From an uncultured Solirubrobacteraceae bacterium (lineage in GTDB: Bacteria; Actinomycetota; Thermoleophilia; Solirubrobacterales; Solirubrobacteraceae), in NCBI GenBank assembly GCA_964588985.1, contig CAZPQW010000001.1:224001-288000 (forward strand): DNA of 64,000 nt, read 5' to 3'. Shown here piece by piece: positions 56,567 to 64,000 of the stretch. Both the position numbers and the translations under genes were made by a program. Within the stretch, counting starts at the first letter, position 1, and every line of letters begins with the position of its first letter. A model generated the notes under the pieces. The model saw only the letters and a program-made list of their open reading frames with translations. It did no database searches and had not been told where the DNA came from.

Positions 56567-57930
56567 CTCCGAGCGCTCGGCCGCATCGCGCCGGCCGCCG
56601 GGTCGACGATCGGCGCGGGATAGTCGCGCGGAGAGCAGCGACGAGGCAGCAGCCACGGCTCGTGGACAGCGGCGCCCGCGATCGCCTCCAGCTCCGGCAC
56701 GTAGCGGCGCACGTAGTCGCCGCGAGGATCGAAGCGCTTGGCCTGGCGCAACGGGTTGAGCACGCGGTTGGGGCGCGTGTCGTTGCCAGTGCCCGCGACC
56801 CACTGCCAATTTCCGACGTTGTTCGCCACGTCGGCGTCCACGAGCAGCCGCGCGAAGTGCGCGGCGCCGATACGCCAGTCGAGGTAGAGGGTCTTCGTGA
56901 GGAATGACGCGACGATCATGCGCGCACGGTTGTGCATGAACCCCTCGCGCGCGAGCTGGCGCATGCCCGCGTCCACGATCGGATAGCCCGTAAGCCCGGC
57001 GCGCCATGCTTCGCTCGCGTGCGCGTCGATCCGCCATCGGTCTCCGCGCGGTCGGTAGTCGGCATGTGTCATGTCCGGACGGGCGGCGAGCACCTGGTGG
57101 TGGAAGTCGCGCCAGCAAAGCTGGCGGGCGAAGCCCTCCGTGGATGGCGCGTGCGCGTGAGCGCAGGACGACGCACGCTCGAGCACGGTGCGCGCCGACA
57201 GGCAGCCGAAGTGCAGGTACGTGCTCAGACGCGACGTGCTCGCGCCCGCGAGGTCGTCGTGGCCCTGCTCGTAGCCGGACAGCCCACCGCGCAGCCAGCT
57301 CGTGAGCTGCTTGCGCCCGGCGCTCTCGCCGCCCTTTGCCAGCACCGGAGAGGGCGGCTCGCGTGTCAGGTTCTCGAGTGCAGGAGGAGGCGGCGCATCC
57401 TGCAGGCTGTGCGGGACTGGGATGCGGTGCGGCGTGGACGCTTTCGGACGAAGCTGTGCTTCGCTCCACACGCGCCAGTACGGGGTAAAGACGCGATAGT
57501 GATCGCCGCCGCTCGGCACGAGCTCGCCCGCCGGCACGACCGTCACGCCAGGAAACGTGCGCAGCGCGACGCGTGCGTGCTCGCAGCCAGCCGCGAGGCG
57601 GGCATGCCTTCGTCGTGCGTACGGAGTGACGTCCTCGCTCACGCAGATCGCCGACAGGTCGAGCTCGCGCACGAGACGCAGGGCCTGCTCGACGACATCG
57701 CCGCGGCGCACGAGCAGACGCGCGCCGCGCACGGCCAGCGAGTCGTCCAGATCGCCCAGGCAGTCGAGCAGGAACGCGAGCCGGTTGGGCGAGCCGCACG
57801 GCCCGCGCAGCAGCTCGCGGTCGAGCACGAACGCGGGCACCACCACGTCGTACTCGCGCACCGCGGTCGCCAGCGCCGGCTGGTCGCGCACGCGCAGGTC
57901 GCGCGTGAACAGCACCAGGGCGCCGCTCAC
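56563..57930 (-). CDS. phr: Class I CPD DNA photolyase / cryptochrome family
   Basis: FTRDLRVRD, TSRLSTYLHFG, TGYPIVDAGMRQL, MHNRARM, NWQW, RFDPRGDYVRRYVPEL. Confidence 0.93.
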   Translation of the reverse strand: MSGALVLFTRDLRVRDQPALATAVREYDVVVPAFVLDRELLRGPCGSPNRLAFLLDCLGDLDDSLAVRGARLLVRRGDVVEQALRLVRELDLSAICVSEDVTPYARRRHARLAAGCEHARVALRTFPGVTVVPAGELVPSGGDHYRVFTPYWRVWSEAQLRPKASTPHRIPVPHSLQDAPPPPALENLTREPPSPVLAKGGESAGRKQLTSWLRGGLSGYEQGHDDLAGASTSRLSTYLHFGCLSARTVLERASSCAHAHAPSTEGFARQLCWRDFHHQVLAARPDMTHADYRPRGDRWRIDAHASEAWRAGLTGYPIVDAGMRQLAREGFMHNRARMIVASFLTKTLYLDWRIGAAHFARLLVDADVANNVGNWQWVAGTGNDTRPNRVLNPLRQAKRFDPRGDYVRRYVPELEAIAGAAVHEPWLLPRRCSPRDYPAPIVDPAAGAMRPSARS

Positions 57931-58817
57931 TCGGCGAGGGCTCTCCGGAGAGCCTCGTCGAAGGACATCGGCACGATCCCGAACGGCGCCGCGCCCGAGG
58001 GGTCGGTGACGATCGTCTCGGTGGTGAGGCCCTCGACGAGCGGGCGTGCGACGTTCACGTCCACAGGCGTGACCAGGCCGAGCCACAGCGCCGAGAGCCA
58101 AGGGGTGATGAACGGGACGGGCAGCTTGGGGCGCACGCGCACGCCCATCGCGATGGCCATCCGGTCGAGCATCTCGCCGTAGCCGAGCACGTCCGGGCCG
58201 CCGATCTGGACCTCGCGCCCGAGCGACTGCGGCACGTCCGGAGCGAGGCGGAGATACTCGATCACGTCGTCGATCGCGATCGGCTGGGTGGAGATCTTCA
58301 GCCAGCTGGGGGCGATCATCACGGGCAGCCGTTTCACGAGGTAGCGCAGCGTGCGGTAGGACTCGCTGCGCGCGCCGACGACCATCGCGGCCCTGAAATA
58401 GGTGAGCGGCGGTCCGTCGGCGGCGAGCGCGAGCGCGGTCCGGTGGCGGCTCTGCAGGTGCTTGGAGACGCTCTCGTCGCCGAGGCCGCCGAGGTAGACG
58501 ATCTGCTTCACGCCGTCGCGCTTCATCGCGCGCGCGAAGTTCGTCGCTCCCTTGAGCTCGCGCTCCTCGAAGCCCGCGCCGCCGGCCATCGCGTGCACGA
58601 GGAAGTACGCCACGTCGATCCCCTCGCCAAGGCCCTCCAGGCTCGCGGCGTCCATCACGTCGCCCCGGCGGATCTCGCAGCGCTCGTGTTCGAGACCGCG
58701 TGCGCGGTCCGGGTTGCGCACTAGACAGCGCACGTCCTTCCCCGCGTCGAGCAGCGCCTCGGTGAGGCGAGTGCCGATGAACCCCGTTGCTCCTGTGACG
58801 AGCGCCTTCTGAGCGAT
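57927..58817 (-). CDS. NAD(P)-binding YbjT-like epimerase, apparent ATC start
   Basis: In-frame KALVTGATGFIG upstream of the listed ORF; AYFLVHAM, IVYLGGL, HLQSR. Confidence 0.85.
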   Translation of the reverse strand: MAQKALVTGATGFIGTRLTEALLDAGKDVRCLVRNPDRARGLEHERCEIRRGDVMDAASLEGLGEGIDVAYFLVHAMAGGAGFEERELKGATNFARAMKRDGVKQIVYLGGLGDESVSKHLQSRHRTALALAADGPPLTYFRAAMVVGARSESYRTLRYLVKRLPVMIAPSWLKISTQPIAIDDVIEYLRLAPDVPQSLGREVQIGGPDVLGYGEMLDRMAIAMGVRVRPKLPVPFITPWLSALWLGLVTPVDVNVARPLVEGLTTETIVTDPSGAAPFGIVPMSFDEALRRALAE

Positions 58818-58826
58818 ACGAGGAGC

Positions 58827-59660
58827 TTAGACCCGCGGGACGCTGCCGGTGCCGTTGCGCCGGTCGGCCATGTCGGGGCCGGTGGTGGTCGTCATCGCCT
58901 TCGCCGCGCCGCCGCCCATCACACGGCGCACCAGCCCGGGCGCGAGCACGCGCAGCGCGGCCGCGAGCTCGTACGCGCGCGGCACGTAGCGCTCGGCCTT
59001 GCGCCCGATGCCCGCCTCGTAGATCGCCTCGGCGCCCTTCTCGGGCGTGGACACGGCCCAGCGTGTCCACGGCTTGGACGTGAGCTCCGACTGCGGGAAG
59101 CCCTCCGTGGAGATGAAGCCCGGCAGCACCAGGCCGACGTGCACACCGTTGGGGCGCTCCTCGGCCCACAGCGCGTCCGACCAGCCCGCGAGCGCGAACT
59201 TCGACGCGCTGTACGCGCCGGAGCCCGCCCGCGAGACGCGCCCGGCGGTGGAGGAAACGTTCACGATCGCGCTCGGCGCGCTCGAGCGCAGCAGCGGCAG
59301 GAGCGCCTCGGTGAGGCGTATCTGCGCGTCGAAGTTGATCGCCATCGTGCGTCGCACGTTCTCGTAGCCGCCGTCGGCGAACGTCGCGCGCCACGCCGCG
59401 CCGGCGTTGTTGACGAGCAGGTCGAGGCGCCCGTGGCGCTCCTGTACGTGCTCGCGGATGCGCTCGGGGGCGTCCTCGTCGAGCAGGTCCACCGCGACGA
59501 AGCTCACGCGCTCCTCGCCGAGCGACGCCGCCAGCGCGCGCAGGCGCTCCTCGCGGCGGGCGACCAGCACGAGCGCAGCGCCGGGCTCGCGTGCGAGCCG
59601 CTTCGCCGTGGCTTCGCCGATCCCGCTGGACGCGCCGGTGATGAGCATCACTGTTGGCAT
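58827..59660 (-). CDS. Short-chain dehydrogenase/reductase
   Basis: ITGASSGIG, NNAG, YSASK. Confidence 0.92.
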   Translation of the reverse strand: MPTVMLITGASSGIGEATAKRLAREPGAALVLVARREERLRALAASLGEERVSFVAVDLLDEDAPERIREHVQERHGRLDLLVNNAGAAWRATFADGGYENVRRTMAINFDAQIRLTEALLPLLRSSAPSAIVNVSSTAGRVSRAGSGAYSASKFALAGWSDALWAEERPNGVHVGLVLPGFISTEGFPQSELTSKPWTRWAVSTPEKGAEAIYEAGIGRKAERYVPRAYELAAALRVLAPGLVRRVMGGGAAKAMTTTTGPDMADRRNGTGSVPRV

Positions 59661-59691
59661 TCACCGATAGCCTCTCAGATCGGCGAACACG

Positions 59692-60450
59692 ATGAGCATG
59701 TCCAAGTCCAGCGGCGCCACCAACGCCGCATCTCCCCGCAAGCGCGAGGCGCTCGAGCTCTTCAGCGGCCTGCCGCGGAGATACGACGCGCTGTCGGCCG
59801 CGCTCAGCTTCTGGCAGGACCCGCGCTGGCGGCGCGCGTTGGTGGACGAGATCTCGCCGAAGCCAGGTCAGCGCGTGCTCGACGTCGCCACCGGCACGGG
59901 GATGGTCACGGCGGAGCTGCTGAGGCGCTGCGGCGAGTGCACGGTCGTGGGGATCGACCAGAGCGCGGAGATGCTCGGCGCCGCCCGCGCGCGTTTCGCG
60001 AACGACCCGCGCGTGGAGCTGGTCGAAGGCGAAGCCGAGGCGCTGCCGTTTCCCGACGAGAGCTTCGACGCGCTCACCGTCACCTACCTGCTGCGCTACG
60101 TCGAGGACCCGCGCGCGACCATCAGCGAGCTCGCTCGGGTGCTGCGCCCAGGCGCACGCATCGCCTCGCTGGAGTTCGGCGTGCCGCCGCTCGTTCCGGC
60201 GCGCTGGGCGTGGCGCTTCTACACCGCGGTGGGGCTGCCGGTTCTCGGACGGCTCGCGTCGCGCGAGTGGATGGAGGTGGGCCGCTTCCTCGGCCCGAGC
60301 ATCCGCGGCTTCTACGAGCGCCATCCGATCGAGCGGCTCGTGGCCTACTGGCAGGACGCGGGCCTCGAGGACGTGCGCGTACGCCGGATGAGCCTGGGCG
60401 GCGGCGTGGTGATGAGCGCGAGCAAGCGCGGCGATGCGCGCGGGGCCTGA
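59692..60450 (+). CDS. UbiE/MenG-like SAM-dependent methyltransferase
   Basis: YD..LSFWQDPRWRR, VLDVATGTG, LPFPDESFD, RVLRPG. Confidence 0.85.
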   Translation: MSMSKSSGATNAASPRKREALELFSGLPRRYDALSAALSFWQDPRWRRALVDEISPKPGQRVLDVATGTGMVTAELLRRCGECTVVGIDQSAEMLGAARARFANDPRVELVEGEAEALPFPDESFDALTVTYLLRYVEDPRATISELARVLRPGARIASLEFGVPPLVPARWAWRFYTAVGLPVLGRLASREWMEVGRFLGPSIRGFYERHPIERLVAYWQDAGLEDVRVRRMSLGGGVVMSASKRGDARGA

Positions 60451-61165
60451 GCGCCCGGCGTTCTACGCGCTCGGGCGGGGACGCGCGAGCGAGCTGCTCA
60501 CGCTGCTTCACCCGCCCTACACCGCCTGGCACCTCAGCTACTTCGCGCTCGGTGCGGCCGTCGCGCCGAAGCTGCACGTGGATCGCCTGCTTTGGGGTCT
60601 CGCCGCGTTCGCGCTCGCGGTGGGCGTGGCGGCGCACGCTCTGGACGAGCGCCACGACCGTCCGCTGCGAACCGGCTTCTCCGATCGCACGCTGGGTGTG
60701 CTGGCCGCGTTGAGCCTGCTCGGGGCGGTCGCGATCGGTGTGGGCGGCGTGATCGTGGTCTCTCCGTGGCTCGCGCCGCTCGTGCTCGTGGGCGGCGCGT
60801 TCCTGCCTGCCTACAACCTCGAGCTGGTCGGTGGCCGCTTCCACAGCGACCTGTGGTTCGCGGTCGGCTGGGGCGGCTTCCCGGCCTTCACCGGCTACTT
60901 CGTCAACGCGCAGGAGATCGCGCTGCCGGGGCTGCTGATCGCTGCCGGCTGCACCGCGATGAGCGTCGCCCAGCGGCGGCTGAGCTCTCCCGCGCGCGAG
61001 CTGCGCAGACGCACGCTCAGCGTCGAGGGGGTGCGTACGCTCAGCGACGGTGTCACCGAGCCGCTGTCCGTGGCTGGCCTGCTGGCTCCACTGGACGGCG
61101 CGCTCGCGGCGCTGTCGCTCGCGACCGTCGTCACCGCGTGCGCGTTGGTGGCGGCGCGTCTCTGA
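60434..61165 (+). CDS. Multi-TM protein, possibly UbiA-superfamily-like
   Basis: LHPPYT, HALDE acidic motif, AYNLE, several TM helices; overlaps the MTase. Confidence 0.6.
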   Translation: MRAGPERPAFYALGRGRASELLTLLHPPYTAWHLSYFALGAAVAPKLHVDRLLWGLAAFALAVGVAAHALDERHDRPLRTGFSDRTLGVLAALSLLGAVAIGVGGVIVVSPWLAPLVLVGGAFLPAYNLELVGGRFHSDLWFAVGWGGFPAFTGYFVNAQEIALPGLLIAAGCTAMSVAQRRLSSPARELRRRTLSVEGVRTLSDGVTEPLSVAGLLAPLDGALAALSLATVVTACALVAARL

Positions 61166-61179
61166 AGGCTGCTGTCCGC

Positions 61180-62253
61180 TCAGCCCGCGAGCAGGTGCGC
61201 GCCCGCGCCGGGGTGCACCTCGTGCGCTTCGTCTGGCCAAGCCACACCAGGCGCGAACAGCGCGAGGACACTCCCCCCGAAGCCTCCGCCGACCACCCGC
61301 GCCCCCGCTGCGCCCGCCTGCATCAGGCGCTCGACGGTTGCCTCGACCGCGGGGGTGGAGACCTCGTATAGGTCGCGCAGGCTCGCGTGGGAGGCGCTCA
61401 GGAGTCGTCCGACCGCAGGCAGGTCGTCAGCTTGCAGGGCCGTGACAGTCTCGCGCACGCGCTCGTTCTCCTCGATCACGTGGATCGCGCGGCGGTCGAG
61501 CGGGGGTGGTAGTCGCGCGGCCTGCTCGGTGGAGGCGTCGCGCAGCGATTCGACCCCCAGCATCACGCAGGCGCGGACGCACTCGGCCCTGCGCTCGTTG
61601 TAGCCGGAGCTGGCGTGAGCGTGTCGCTCGCCGGAGCTCAGCACGACCAGATGCCAGCCGTCGAGCGGGAGTGGCACGGGCTCGACGTCGAGCGTGCGGA
61701 AGTCGATCAGCAGCGCGCTGTCGGGTGCGCCGTGGAGGCAGGCCAGCTGGTCGAGCAGGCCGGTCTGAGCGCCCACCCAGTCGTTCTCCACGCGCGAGCA
61801 CAGCTGGGCTATCTCCAGCCGATTCAGACGCCCGATCCTGCCATCCGATTCGGCCGGTTCGCCATTCCCGCAGCCGAGCTCGGTCAGCGCGAGACAGAGC
61901 GCGACCTCAAGCGCCGCGGAAGACGAGAGCCCCGCGCCTCGTGGCACCTCGCCGCCGATCTCGAGCGTCGCGCCGCCGAGCGGGACTCCGGCACGTCCGA
62001 GCTCCGCCACGACACCTCTGAGATACGCGCGCCACCCCTGCGCGTGAGCAGCGGGCTCCTCGAGCGAGAGCTCGTCGCGCTCGTCCAGGTCGCGTGCGTG
62101 GGCGAGGATGCGGCGATCCTGACGGGCCTCTCCGCGGACGGCGATGCCGTCGGCGATCGCGAACGGCAACGCGAGGCCCTGGTTGTAGTCGGTGTGCTCG
62201 CCGATCAGGTTCACGCGCCCGGGGGCGAACGCGCTGCAGGTTCTAAGCGCCAC
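61180..62253 (-). CDS. galK: Galactokinase
   Basis: APGRVNLIGEHTDYN, GAGLSSSAA, GGGFGG. Confidence 0.95.
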   Translation of the reverse strand: MALRTCSAFAPGRVNLIGEHTDYNQGLALPFAIADGIAVRGEARQDRRILAHARDLDERDELSLEEPAAHAQGWRAYLRGVVAELGRAGVPLGGATLEIGGEVPRGAGLSSSAALEVALCLALTELGCGNGEPAESDGRIGRLNRLEIAQLCSRVENDWVGAQTGLLDQLACLHGAPDSALLIDFRTLDVEPVPLPLDGWHLVVLSSGERHAHASSGYNERRAECVRACVMLGVESLRDASTEQAARLPPPLDRRAIHVIEENERVRETVTALQADDLPAVGRLLSASHASLRDLYEVSTPAVEATVERLMQAGAAGARVVGGGFGGSVLALFAPGVAWPDEAHEVHPGAGAHLLAG

Positions 62254-63157
62254 TGGCGATCGCCTCGCGGAGCGTCGCGGCAGACTCCTCCGGAAGTACG
62301 TCGGAGATGAACGTGCCGGCGCCCTGCTCGGAGCCGGCGAGGTACTTGAGCTTCTCCGCGGTGCGCAGCGGCGGATAGAACTCCACATGCAGGTGGCCGC
62401 GTCCCGCGGGCGGCGCGGTGGGCGCCTGGTGGACGGCCATCACGTATGGGAACGGCCGATCGAACAGGGCGTCGTAGCCGAGTACGAGCTTCTGCAGACC
62501 CGCGGCGAGCGCGCGCAGATCCTCCCCGTCGCAGTCGGAGAGGCTCGGGCGATGCTCGCGCATGACGATGTGCGCTTCGTACGGCCAGCGTGCTGCGTGG
62601 GGGATGTACGCGACCACGCGCTCGCTCTCGAACAGCACCCTCCGCCCGTCGTGCAGCTCTCGCTCGAGCAGCGTGCAGGGTGCGCAACCGCCGAGACGAG
62701 CGTCCGCGGCGAGCTCGAGCGCGGGCGCCGGAGGCAGCAACGGGTAGCCGTAGATCTGCCCGTGCGGATGGTGAAGCGTCACGCCCACCTCCACGCCGCG
62801 GTTCTCGAAGATGAACACGTAGTCGATGTCCGCGCGCGCTCCGAGCTCTTCGTAGCGGTGACGCCACACCCACATCAGCGCCTCGGCGCGCTCCGGTGCG
62901 AGCGTTCCGAACGACTCGTCGTGCTCGGCGGTGTAGACGACCACCTCGGCGGCGCCGTGCGGCGCCTCGAACGCGGGGAAGCGGTTGTCGAACACAGCGA
63001 TCTCGAATGTCCCTCGCGGAATCTCCGTGGGCGGGTCACCGGGCTTGGTGGGGCACAGGGGACAGCGGTCGCGCGAGGGCAGGAAGGTGCGATCCTGGCG
63101 ATGGATCGCGTAGTCGACCTGCTCGCCGCGCAGCTCGTTGAAGCGCAGCTCGCTCAC
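62243..63157 (-). CDS. galT: Galactose-1-phosphate uridylyltransferase
   Basis: CPLCP, FENRG...HPHGQ, HLHVEFYPP; adjacent to galK. Confidence 0.93.
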   Translation of the reverse strand: MSELRFNELRGEQVDYAIHRQDRTFLPSRDRCPLCPTKPGDPPTEIPRGTFEIAVFDNRFPAFEAPHGAAEVVVYTAEHDESFGTLAPERAEALMWVWRHRYEELGARADIDYVFIFENRGVEVGVTLHHPHGQIYGYPLLPPAPALELAADARLGGCAPCTLLERELHDGRRVLFESERVVAYIPHAARWPYEAHIVMREHRPSLSDCDGEDLRALAAGLQKLVLGYDALFDRPFPYVMAVHQAPTAPPAGRGHLHVEFYPPLRTAEKLKYLAGSEQGAGTFISDVLPEESAATLREAIASGA

Positions 63158-63333
63158 GTGCGCGGCGGCCGGACAGAGGTGTAGAGAAGCAGCGCGCGGC
63201 CGTCGTCTTTGCTCAGCCGCTCGAGCTCGAGCGGCCCCAAACGCTCACCCGGCTGCGCGCTTTCGCCCGCCGTGTCGCGCTCGCTTTGTTCCCTTGGGCC
63301 GGCGGAGGGCGCGGCGGCGGGTTTCCCAGCCAT
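63154..63333 (-). CDS. Small hypothetical protein translationally coupled to galT
   Basis: TACCCT 6 nt before ATG; TGA overlaps galT GTG; GPLELERLSKDDGRALLLY. Confidence 0.6.
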   Translation of the reverse strand: MAGKPAAAPSAGPREQSERDTAGESAQPGERLGPLELERLSKDDGRALLLYTSVRPPRT

Positions 63334-63394
63334 CGTCCGAGGGTATACCCACACGCAGTGAGGGCTACGCGTGGATATGAACGCTCCGGACGGT

Positions 63395-63433
63395 CTGCGG
63401 GTTTTCCGCAGTCTGAACGCGGAGTTTCCGCAG
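63395..63433. promoter_or_regulatory. Tandem imperfect palindromes (putative operator pair)
   Basis: CTGCGGGTTTTCCGCAG and ACGCGGAGTTTCCGCAG, 22 bp apart. Confidence 0.55.
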
Positions 63434-63523
63434 AACTGACCATTGACTCCGGCCGCAACAGGGGAGAAGGTAGCAGTGACGCTGTGACGATTAGTCACGG
63501 CCACTCGAATAGAGGAGGCTCCG

Positions 63524-64000
63524 ATGTCTGAGATCGACCATCCGCAGGATGTGGGGGATAGCCTGCGGCAATCCGATGGGTCACGATTCGCCTGGCCCGA
63601 GATCGACCGGCGCTCGTTCCTGCGTCGAACCGCATTGACAGGTGTGGCCGCGGGCTCGGTGAGCACCATCCTCAGCGCATGTGGCTCGGGGGGCGCGAGT
63701 TCCACCAACGCCAGTGGCGGTGGCGGTGGCGGTGGTGCATCGGGCGTGTTCGGCTCGAGCAAGAAATACAAATTCGTGTTCGTCAACCACGTGACGACGA
63801 ACCCGTTCTTCACTCCCACGCAGTACGGGGCGGCGGACGCGTGCAAGCTGCTGGGATGTGAATACCAGTGGACGGGCTCGGAAAACAGCAACGTCAGCCA
63901 GATGGTCAACGCTCTCAACAGCGCCGTGACGAGTGGCGCCGACGGCATCGCGGTCGCGCTGATCGACCTGCACGCGTTCAACGCACCGGTCGAAGCGGCT
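63524..64000 (+). CDS. Sugar ABC transporter substrate-binding lipoprotein with canonical Tat signal (partial)
   Basis: GAGGAGG RBS; DRRSFLRR, LSAC lipobox, FVFVNHVTTNPFF, ADGIAVAL. Confidence 0.9.
   Translation, partial: MSEIDHPQDVGDSLRQSDGSRFAWPEIDRRSFLRRTALTGVAAGSVSTILSACGSGGASSTNASGGGGGGGASGVFGSSKKYKFVFVNHVTTNPFFTPTQYGAADACKLLGCEYQWTGSENSNVSQMVNALNSAVTSGADGIAVALIDLHAFNAPVEAA

Noticed and set aside
56563-60324. 1253-aa minus-strand ORF suggesting a giant photolyase fusion
   Set aside because: Only the last 455 aa are photolyase (GTG at 57930). The upstream part is an off-frame or antisense read-through of three real genes, typical of high-GC DNA.

Overview
High-GC actinobacterial chromosome segment. 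Gene content and conserved hypotheticals suggest Thermoleophilia/Solirubrobacterales (inference). The left two-thirds is mostly core genome: aidB, icd-mdh, rsmI-metG-tatD-rsmA-ispE, tRNA-Gln-glmU-prs-rplY-pth-mfd-prsA-eno-ftsB, csrA, tRNA-Leu(UAA), ppx and tRNA-fMet. It also carries three toxin-antitoxin-type cassettes, one inside an integrase-less islet anchored on the initiator tRNA. The most striking feature is a self-contained module at about 49.97-55.52 kb. It holds three tandem secreted ferritin-like di-iron proteins whose Tat signal peptides all lack the second arginine, plus an adjacent tatA-tatC pair whose TatC has Gln at the E. coli E103-equivalent arginine-binding position. A SigK-like ECF sigma with its RskA anti-sigma and a divergent RskA paralog missing the zinc-binding domain complete the module. 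Four copies of the promoter motif TGATCC-N16-CGTA tie it together. Other notable signals: many leaderless genes, two of which appear able to start only at an ATC codon; a membrane-anchored sigma/anti-sigma fusion ECF that shares an upstream motif with a CAP-domain gene; and an AT-hook/wHTH nucleoid-protein candidate with a structured 3' region. All family assignments come from motif recognition by eye; no database searches were run.
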